From Erysipelotrichaceae bacterium (GTDB lineage: Bacteria > Bacillota_I > Bacilli_A > Erysipelotrichales > Erysipelotrichaceae), in the NCBI GenBank assembly GCA_963663995.1, contig OY760660.1, positions 1,890,001-1,922,000 on the forward strand: a DNA stretch of 32,000 bases, read 5' to 3'. This document shows, piece after piece, positions 25,874-32,000 of the stretch (position 1 is its first letter; every line of letters starts with the position of its first letter). Made by a program: the position numbers and the translations under genes. The notes beneath the pieces are model-generated. The model did no database searches, had not been told where the DNA came from, and saw only the letters and a program-made list of their open reading frames with translations.

Positions 25874-28800
25874 TTATAGTTCAATAATTGTATTGTATTC
25901 TTCGTCTTGTTCAGCAGGGATTAGAACAGTGTGAACTAAATGACCATGAAGCACGAAGTTAACGGTTAGATTACCTAAGTGTTTTGCGAGACGTTTGTAG
26001 ATTGTTACATCAATTTTGGCAAGATCTACTAAGTTTTTATCATTAAGATCAACAATGAATACAGTTTGATCATCATCAGGTTTTGATAGACGACGTCGTA
26101 ATGTTTTTTCTGTTCCATCCTTAGTGATTAATGTGTATCTAATATTAGGTCTAATAAAGGCTAGAAGAAGTGGAAGTAATCCAAGTAACCAGTATAACCA
26201 ACTAAAGTCCATTGGTAATGCGGCTAGAGGCGTTTCCTCTGGTTCTTCAACCAAGATAACACCTTGTGTCACATCAATCACAACTGAAGCAGTATTTGAA
26301 TCAAGTTCACCATCATTGGCGATGAAGCTAAAGCTATCATTACCAACGAAGCCATCGTTAGGCGTATAAGTAAATGAACCATCATCATTGAAGACTAATG
26401 TACCATTCGAGACGGATGATACTAAAGCAAATGTTAAGGCATCTCCATCAGCATCACTTGCACTTGCTTGACCACTAATAGCTGTTTCAAATTCAGTTGA
26501 GTATGTTCCTGCATTAGCAACTGGAGCTGTATTCAAGGCAGCTAGAGGAGTAGGTGTAGGAACGACTGTAACTGTAACTGGAGGTGTAGTAGGAGGAGTG
26601 GTTGGAGGTGTAACTGGAGGAGCAGGAGGAGCAGTAACAGTAATCGTAACTGTAACTACATTAGAATCATCTTCACCATCATTGGCATGATAAGTAAAGG
26701 TATCTGTTCCAACAAATCCAGCAGTAGGTGTATAAGTAAATGAACCATCAGCGCCTAATACTAAGGCACCATTGACAACATTAACATTTAGAACAGCTGT
26801 TAATGAATCACCTTCAACATCAGTATCATTAGCTAAGACACCAGCAGCAGCGATACTTAAGCTTGCAGTATTAACGACTGTATAAGCTTCAGCAACGGCT
26901 ACAGGGGCATCATTCACTGGAGTTACTGTAATATAAATTGTAGCAACTTCAGAAGTATCAACACCATCACTTACGGTGTAAGTGAATTGATCGTCCCCAA
27001 CGTAATTAGCGTTAGGTGTATAAGTAATTGCTGATCCTGTTCCACTTAGAACACCATTGGTAGGAGCAGTTGTGAGGAATGTTAATTCATCTTCATCAAC
27101 GTCTTCACCAAAGAGGGTAATAAGAAGTGCTGTATCTTCAGGAGTTGTTAACTCTTGACCTTCAGCTACAGGAACATCATTGATAGGATTAACAGTGATT
27201 TCTACAGTTGCGCTAGCACTAATGTTTCCATCAGTAATGCTGTAATCGAAACTATCTAAACCATTGAAATTAGCAGCAGGTGTATAAGTGAAAGAACCAT
27301 CAATATTCATGGATACACTACCACCATTAACACTTGTTGCATCATATGCACTAATTTCTAATGCATCACCATCAACGTCTGAATCATTGTCTATGACTCC
27401 ATTAACAGCCAATACAACCAGAGGCGTATCTTCATCAGTTGAATATTCATCATCAACAGCAACAGGAGCATCATTAATGTTTGTTACATTAATGGTAATC
27501 GTAGCTGCTACTGAACTTAGAACACCATCAAATGTTGTAAAGGTGAATGAATCTTGACCGACAAAATCAGTGTTTGGAGTATAAGTAATTTGATCATCAT
27601 TTAGAATGCTTAAAGTACCATTTGTAGGTTGAGAAGCGATAGCGAATGTAATGCTATCCCCATCAATATCTGAACCAGTTAAGGTAATGAGTAAAGCTGT
27701 TTCTTCAGCTGTATCTACAGTTTGATCATTAGCAGTAGGAGCATCATTTATTGGGTTAACAGCGATTTCAACAATTGCTATATCCGTTAAACTACCATCA
27801 CTAACTGTGTATGTGAATGTATCACTATCTAATCCCACTCCATTAAAGTTTGCAGCAGGTGTATATGTAAATGTACCATCTAAAGCCATCGATACAGTAC
27901 CACCGTTGGTTGTTGTAGTGTCATAAGCACTTACAAATAAACTATCACTATTAGCATCAGTGTCATTGGCTAGAACACTATTAGCAATAAGTACTGTTAA
28001 TGGAGTATCTTCATCAGTAGTATATTCATCATCAACTGCAACTGGAGCAGTATTATTAACTGAAATATAAACAGTAGCTATGTTGGAGTTACTTGTTCCA
28101 TCATAAGCCATATATGTGAAATGGTCTGTACCATTGAAACCTGAATTTGAAGTATAAGTGAATGATCCATCAGCATTTAATGATAATGTACCATTTGAAA
28201 CATTATCAACTAATATAGCAGATAGAGAACTACCTTCAACATCAGTATCATTTCCTAAAATACCAGGAGCTGCTATTGATAGTTCAACAAGTTGAGCAGC
28301 AGTATAATTATCATCTGTGGCAACAGGAGCATCATTGACTGCATTAATAGTAATATTGACAGTCGCTGTATCACTTCCACCATTTCCATCACTGATTGTA
28401 TAAGTATAAGAATCAGTACCATTAAAATCAGAAGCAGGTGTAAAAGTAATTGTATTATCAGCATTAATTACTACTGTACCGTTTGATCCTTGTGTTACTG
28501 AAGAGATTGTTAAAACATCACCATCAATATCAGAATCATTAGCTAATACATTAGTTGTAACTGCAGTATCTTCATCAGTAAAATCTGAATCATCTACAGC
28601 AACAGGAGCATCGTTAATCGGTGTAACTGTAATGTTTACAGTACCAGTAACTGATGTTGTACCATCGCTTAATGTGTATGTAAATGAATCATTCCCATTA
28701 AAATCATCAAAAGGTTCATAACTAAATGATCCGTCAGATCCTAAATAAGTTAGGTCACCATGACTTGGATTAGTACCAGCACTTATTGTTAAAGGATCAC

Positions 28801-29869
28801 CATTTGGATCACTGTCATTAATTAATAAATGATTTACATCAGAATTTGTAACTTTTAATAATCCATCTTCGTCTACGGTATAAGTATCTGTGCCAGCCAC
28901 AGGACTGTTGTTTGTAACAAGAATAGTAACAGTTGCTTCATTAGAATCAGCAGTACCATCATTTGCTATATATTTGAAAGTAACAGTTCCGTCAAATCCC
29001 ACTGAAGGAGTATAATCAAAAGAACCATTACTATTAAGTATTAATGTTCCATTTGCGGGATCACTTACTTTTGTCGATGTAAGTACTGTTCCTAAATCAA
29101 CATCACTATCATTTCCTAAAACACCACTTGCAACAATTGATAATGTTGTGTTTTTAACCAATGTGTAAGAATCATCAACAGCTACTGGTACATCATTTAC
29201 AGGTGTTACTGTAATTGTGACAGTAGCAGTATTTGAATCGACATGTCCATCATTTGCTGTGTATGTAAAACTATCTGTTCCATTATAATTTGCGTTTGGT
29301 GTATATGTGAATGAACCATCAGCATTTAATGACAAACTACCATTAGTGGTATTGCTAACAAGAACCGCTGTTAAAGGGTCAACATCTCCACTTACATCAT
29401 TAGCTAGAACACCTGGCATAGAAATTGTTAATGGAGTATCTTCAAGTGTTGCATACGTATCAGGATTAGCTATCGGAACTGTATTTATACGATAAACTGC
29501 TGAAATACCAACGAATTTCACATTAGTATTTGCAGGTTGTTCATATATTACAACCTCGACAAAGAATCCCAAAAATACATAACCTGAATATTCAAGTGCT
29601 GTAACTTCTGGGAAATTATCTCGAACGAAATTATCGGCATTTGATCCAACAGTTAGACCAGAACTTGTCCATAAAGTATCTAGTTCATTTAAATAATGAT
29701 ATTCATAATTGCCATTTCCTTGACCATTATTTATTGAGTCATCAATACTAATATGAATTTCTAATGTTGGAGAATTTTGAGAAGCTAATATTGGTGTTAT
29801 GTTCCAGGAACTAAACGTAAGTGTGAAAACCATTAAGATTTTCGAAATTCTAGTAATTGTTTTTATCAT
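25874..29869 (-). CDS. giant surface protein: signal peptide, ~100-aa N-domain, 11 cadherin/Ig-like (VCBS / Big_9-type) repeats, P/T-rich linker, C-terminal TM helix and 92-aa cytoplasmic tail
   Basis: 1331 aa. The repeats follow the pattern NDAPVAVDDxYTTDEDTPL...VLANDTDVDGD.LT...NGT...NADGSFTYTP...F.GTDSFTYT..DG...SN.ATV.ITV.P. SD AGGAGGA lies 7 nt upstream. Confidence 0.85.
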   Translation of the reverse strand: MIKTITRISKILMVFTLTFSSWNITPILASQNSPTLEIHISIDDSINNGQGNGNYEYHYLNELDTLWTSSGLTVGSNADNFVRDNFPEVTALEYSGYVFLGFFVEVVIYEQPANTNVKFVGISAVYRINTVPIANPDTYATLEDTPLTISMPGVLANDVSGDVDPLTAVLVSNTTNGSLSLNADGSFTYTPNANYNGTDSFTYTANDGHVDSNTATVTITVTPVNDVPVAVDDSYTLVKNTTLSIVASGVLGNDSDVDLGTVLTSTKVSDPANGTLILNSNGSFDYTPSVGFDGTVTFKYIANDGTADSNEATVTILVTNNSPVAGTDTYTVDEDGLLKVTNSDVNHLLINDSDPNGDPLTISAGTNPSHGDLTYLGSDGSFSYEPFDDFNGNDSFTYTLSDGTTSVTGTVNITVTPINDAPVAVDDSDFTDEDTAVTTNVLANDSDIDGDVLTISSVTQGSNGTVVINADNTITFTPASDFNGTDSYTYTISDGNGGSDTATVNITINAVNDAPVATDDNYTAAQLVELSIAAPGILGNDTDVEGSSLSAILVDNVSNGTLSLNADGSFTYTSNSGFNGTDHFTYMAYDGTSNSNIATVYISVNNTAPVAVDDEYTTDEDTPLTVLIANSVLANDTDANSDSLFVSAYDTTTTNGGTVSMALDGTFTYTPAANFNGVGLDSDTFTYTVSDGSLTDIAIVEIAVNPINDAPTANDQTVDTAEETALLITLTGSDIDGDSITFAIASQPTNGTLSILNDDQITYTPNTDFVGQDSFTFTTFDGVLSSVAATITINVTNINDAPVAVDDEYSTDEDTPLVVLAVNGVIDNDSDVDGDALEISAYDATSVNGGSVSMNIDGSFTYTPAANFNGLDSFDYSITDGNISASATVEITVNPINDVPVAEGQELTTPEDTALLITLFGEDVDEDELTFLTTAPTNGVLSGTGSAITYTPNANYVGDDQFTYTVSDGVDTSEVATIYITVTPVNDAPVAVAEAYTVVNTASLSIAAAGVLANDTDVEGDSLTAVLNVNVVNGALVLGADGSFTYTPTAGFVGTDTFTYHANDGEDDSNVVTVTITVTAPPAPPVTPPTTPPTTPPVTVTVVPTPTPLAALNTAPVANAGTYSTEFETAISGQASASDADGDALTFALVSSVSNGTLVFNDDGSFTYTPNDGFVGNDSFSFIANDGELDSNTASVVIDVTQGVILVEEPEETPLAALPMDFSWLYWLLGLLPLLLAFIRPNIRYTLITKDGTEKTLRRRLSKPDDDQTVFIVDLNDKNLVDLAKIDVTIYKRLAKHLGNLTVNFVLHGHLVHTVLIPAEQDEEYNTIIEL
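26270..29485 (-). repeat. in-frame tandem array of ~95-100-codon divergent repeats (11 units; a P/T linker precedes the last)
   Basis: I counted repeat-initiating (N)D/T-(A/V/S)P(V/I/T)A motifs at 11 positions. The DNA copies are diverged rather than identical. Confidence 0.8.
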
Positions 29870-29885
29870 AAAATTGTCCTCCTTT

Positions 29886-29992
29886 TTGAAAATAAAATGA
29901 CCGGTTTTCTGCTAAGTGCAGTTGACCGGTCATAGATTACTCTTTAGACGCCTAACTTTGTGCCCCAAGTTTTCACTTGGTTTACCTTTTGA
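29886..29992 (-). promoter_or_regulatory. candidate c-di-GMP class I (GEMM-I) riboswitch, promoter-distal (gene-proximal) copy, with its own terminator
   Basis: Minus-strand RNA: AAAAGGUAAACCAAGUGAAAACUUGGGGCACAAAGUUAGGCGUCUAAAGAGUAAUCUAUGACCGGUCAACUGCACUUAGCAGAAAACCGGUCAUUUUAUUUU. This parallels the Vc2-type core GGCAAACC-stem-GAAA-stem-GGGACGCAAAGCC. The terminator is ATGACCGG...CCGGTCAT plus a U run, followed by the SD and ATG 29869. Confidence 0.62.
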
Positions 29993-30065
29993 CAAAGACG
30001 ATTTACTTTTTAATACCTTTTCTCAAATAATAATCTCCTTTAGAGGAATTAAGACATTCTTTTTT

Positions 30066-30172
30066 AATAAAAAATGACCAGTCCTCTGCTATGTGCAGTT
30101 GACCGGTCATAGATTACTCTTTAGACGCCTAACTTTGTGCCCCAAGCTTTCACTTGGTTTACCATTTTACAT
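30066..30172 (-). promoter_or_regulatory. candidate c-di-GMP class I (GEMM-I) riboswitch, promoter-proximal copy, with its own terminator
   Basis: Segment 30071-30163 differs from 29894-29986 at 5 of 93 positions. It has the same aptamer core (GGUAAACCAAGUGAAAGCUUGGGGCACAAAGUU...). The terminator is AUGACCGGUC...GACUGGUCAU followed by UUUUUU. Confidence 0.62.
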
Positions 30173-30184
30173 ATTGGTGTTTAC

Positions 30185-30213
30185 ATGATACACGATATAT
30201 GTTCTTATATCAA
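30185..30213 (-). promoter_or_regulatory. putative sigma-A promoter for the tandem-riboswitch leader
   Basis: Minus strand reads TTGATA, a 17-nt spacer, then TATCAT, about 15-20 nt upstream of the first aptamer. Confidence 0.4.
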
Positions 30214-30351
30214 TTTATCATTAATTTCTATGCATAAATACATTGATATATACTATGTACTTAAATTATAGAACTTTAAAATTCTAAGTCAATAATACTG
30301 CTCATGAACTTTTTGTCACAAACATATTAGATTAATAAAAATCAATAAAAT

Positions 30352-30370
30352 AAAAAAGCCAATTGGCTTT
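30352..30370 (-). terminator. hairpin terminator downstream of tRNA-Trp
   Basis: Palindrome AAAGCC-AATT-GGCTTT followed on the minus strand by TTTTTT. Confidence 0.6.
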
Positions 30371-30382
30371 CAAATCTAATAA

Positions 30383-30456
30383 TGGCAGGGGTAGTAGGAG
30401 TTGAACCCACATTATTGGTTTTGGAGACCAGTGCTCTACCATTGAACTATACCCCT
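30383..30456 (-). tRNA. trnW: tRNA-Trp (anticodon CCA), CCA end encoded
   Basis: The reverse complement AGGGGTATAGTTCAATGGTAGAGCACTGGTCTCCAAAACCAATAATGTGGGTTCAACTCCTACTACCCCTGCCA folds as a cloverleaf. It has a 7-bp acceptor stem, anticodon loop CUCCAAA and a GGTTCAACTCC T-arm. Confidence 0.9.
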
Positions 30457-30470
30457 ATAGGTGCTAAAAC

Positions 30471-30499
30471 ATAATAGCATAGCACTATAGTGTTTTCAA
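30471..30499 (-). promoter_or_regulatory. putative promoter of tRNA-Trp
   Basis: Minus strand reads TTGAAA, a 17-nt spacer, then TATTAT, ending 14 nt upstream of the mature 5' end. Confidence 0.45.
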
Positions 30500-30527
30500 T
30501 ATTAAACTGTTTCTCTATACTTAAATT

Positions 30528-31328
30528 ATGGAAATTATAATAATAATATTGCTTATCTTTATATTTATTATGATGTATAGACAATTTGTCCCTCGATATC
30601 GCATTTTTAACAATCCTTGGATGAATGCACATTTTGCCCATCGTGGCTTATATGCAAAGGATCAAAGTATTCCTGAGAATTCAATGGCTGCTTTTAAAGA
30701 AGCTATTAAATATAGTTATGGAATAGAATTGGATATCTCTTTAAGTCTTGATGATAAATGCATGGTCTTTCATGATGATGATCTATCAAGAATGTGCAAT
30801 ATTAATAAGAAGATAAATGAACTTAGAGCTAAGGATTTAAAGTGTTTGAAACTTAAAGATACTAATGAGCCTATTCCACTATTAGAGGATGTCTTAACTT
30901 GTGTAAATGGACAAGTTCCTTTAATGATTGAGTTAAAGACATCTAAATATCCAAAGAAATTAGTTTTATTATTTAAAGAAGCTATTAAAGACTATCATGG
31001 AAATTATTGTGTTGTAAGTTTCGATCCAATGATTTTGTTCTATATAAAACTTGAAATGCCAGAAGTATTACGTGGCCAAATTGTGATGAATTTTAAAAAG
31101 AAAAAAGAATACTCGTTTTTAGTCCGACTGATACTTCATTATTCACTTCTCAACTTTTTAGTTCGACCAGATTTTTTGAGTTTTCATTATGAAGCAATTA
31201 ATAAGTTATATAAGATTCATCGTCATTTGAAAGGTTTTGGTTCAATTTGGCCATTAAATTCGACAAATCTTGAAAAAAATTTCCAAAATGAAGCAAATTG
31301 CATTATTTTCGAATATTATCGTCCGTAG
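30528..31328 (+). CDS. glycerophosphodiester phosphodiesterase (GDPD) family protein with N-terminal TM anchor
   Basis: 266 aa. FAHRGLY...PENSMAAFKEAIKYSYGIELDISLSLDDKCMVFHDDDL is the GDPD catalytic N-terminal block. No clear SD, so the start is uncertain. Confidence 0.85.
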   Translation: MEIIIIILLIFIFIMMYRQFVPRYRIFNNPWMNAHFAHRGLYAKDQSIPENSMAAFKEAIKYSYGIELDISLSLDDKCMVFHDDDLSRMCNINKKINELRAKDLKCLKLKDTNEPIPLLEDVLTCVNGQVPLMIELKTSKYPKKLVLLFKEAIKDYHGNYCVVSFDPMILFYIKLEMPEVLRGQIVMNFKKKKEYSFLVRLILHYSLLNFLVRPDFLSFHYEAINKLYKIHRHLKGFGSIWPLNSTNLEKNFQNEANCIIFEYYRP

Positions 31329-31391
31329 GAATTTTAGAGTGCTATACTTTTACTCATGAAGTTATATAATGCAGTCTTGAATTTGTTTAGA

Positions 31392-32000
31392 GTGGAGAAT
31401 TTAATTCCCCAAAAACACCAAACACATCCATTACCATCTTCGAAAGAAGTTTATAAAAATACCATAAATACAGCTTGGCCATCAGCGGTTGAATCCCTTT
31501 TAATTGCACTTGTTTCAATAGTTGATATGATCATGGTTTCATCCATTGGTACAGAAGCTATTGCTGCAGTAGGGATTGTTACACAACCTCGTTTTATTGT
31601 GATGTCATTTGTTATGGCACTTAATGTTGGGACTACCGTAGTTGTAGCAAGACGAAAAGGAGCTAATGATAAAGAAAGTGCTAATGTCGCATTAAAAAAT
31701 GCATTCATGCTAAGTATCATCTTTTCTTTGCTTACTACCATCATTGGTGCGATATTTGCGCCACAAGTATTAATCTTTGCTGGGGCAACAGCTGATTACA
31801 TGGATTATGCGGTAGGTTATTATCGCATCATTCTAATCGGTGCCTTTTTTCTTTTAATATCACTCACCATTTCATCAGCCCAAAGAGGGGTAGGAAATAC
31901 TCGTGTATCAATGGTGATTAACATTACTGCAAACTTAGTTAATGTCCTATTTAATTATTTATTAATCAATGGTATATGGATTTTTCCTAAACTTGGCGTG
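31392..32000 (+). CDS. MATE family efflux transporter (partial, runs off window end; start uncertain)
   Basis: Frame 3 is open from 31380 to the window end. My translation ...KEVYKNTINTAWPSAVESLLIALVSIVDMIMVSSIGTEAIAAVGIVTQP...VARRKGAND... is a typical MATE N-terminus. There is no in-frame ATG after the stop at 31377; candidate starts are TTG 31383, GTG 31392 and ATT 31404 (after GGAG). Confidence 0.8.
   Translation, partial: MENLIPQKHQTHPLPSSKEVYKNTINTAWPSAVESLLIALVSIVDMIMVSSIGTEAIAAVGIVTQPRFIVMSFVMALNVGTTVVVARRKGANDKESANVALKNAFMLSIIFSLLTTIIGAIFAPQVLIFAGATADYMDYAVGYYRIILIGAFFLLISLTISSAQRGVGNTRVSMVINITANLVNVLFNYLLINGIWIFPKLGV

Noticed and set aside
25874-26152. PilZ-like c-di-GMP-binding domain in the adhesin cytoplasmic tail (because of the RRR cluster)
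   Set aside because: I could find neither an RxxxR motif nor a D/NxSxxG motif in the proper arrangement, so no claim is made beyond an uncharacterised tail.
25874-26300. LPXTG sortase signal at the adhesin C-terminus
   Set aside because: No LPXTG-like pentapeptide precedes the TM helix, and the segment after the helix is 92 aa long, far longer than a sortase-signal tail.
26270-29485. Regular ~290-bp periodic repeats that could be mistaken for a CRISPR array or satellite DNA
   Set aside because: They are in-frame divergent protein-domain repeats of one 1331-aa ORF. There are no short identical direct repeats with unique spacers and no cas genes.
26124-29495. Tracked ORFs 26124-26369(+), 27288-27557(+), 28273-28464(-), 28292-28486(+) and 29307-29495(+)
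   Set aside because: These are shadow or alternate-frame ORFs inside the adhesin gene. They have low-complexity translations, no RBS, and are explained by the repetitive codon composition of the adhesin gene.
30447-30641. 64-aa minus-strand ORF overlapping the tRNA-Trp 5' end/promoter region and the GDPD start
   Set aside because: It overlaps the 5' end of the tRNA and its predicted promoter and is antisense to the GDPD gene. It has no RBS and is most likely spurious.
31451-31744. 97-aa minus-strand ORF
   Set aside because: It is antisense to the clearly MATE-like plus-strand frame that runs to the window end, so it is a shadow ORF.
1-32000. Possibility of Mollicutes genetic code 4 (UGA = Trp), given the low GC and gene content
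   Set aside because: TGA terminates several well-conserved genes at the expected lengths (azlC at 7802-7804, EamA at 11841-11843, the 120-aa gene at 22756-22758). The only tRNA-Trp seen has anticodon CCA. Long ORFs are intact under code 11.

Overview
This is a low-GC bacterial window (Bacillota/Mycoplasmatota-like). It uses the standard genetic code: TGA acts as a stop and a tRNA-Trp(CCA) is present. The first ~13 kb is ordinary housekeeping: V-type ATPase A(partial)/B/D, ptsI, pflB-pflA, azlCD, proC, a DUF3048 lipoprotein, an EamA transporter and an M32 carboxypeptidase. The rest is organised around cyclic-di-GMP. (1) A candidate c-di-GMP class II riboswitch with a terminator platform precedes a translationally coupled operon. 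That operon encodes an ICMT-like membrane methyltransferase, a GH3-family amido synthetase, and a polytopic sensor with a degenerate GGDEF (AGDIF) plus an intact HD-GYP phosphodiesterase domain. (2) Two tandem, ~95% identical candidate class I (GEMM-I) riboswitches, each with its own terminator, precede a 1331-aa surface protein with 11 cadherin/Ig-like repeats. This protein is anchored by a C-terminal TM helix plus a 92-aa cytoplasmic tail and has no LPXTG. (3) Directly downstream lies a compact, non-canonical type IV filament-like module. It encodes a transglutaminase-like lipoprotein, a GspF/ComGB-like platform protein, four small bitopic proteins of ComGC-GG-like size that lack the canonical prepilin motif, and a PilT-class ATPase as the only ATPase. 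No PilB/ComGA or prepilin peptidase is visible in the window. An intact IS3-family element with -1 frameshifting sits in the loop of what was a bidirectional terminator next to this module. A tRNA-Trp, a GDPD-family gene and a partial MATE gene end the window. No CRISPR array or rRNA was seen.
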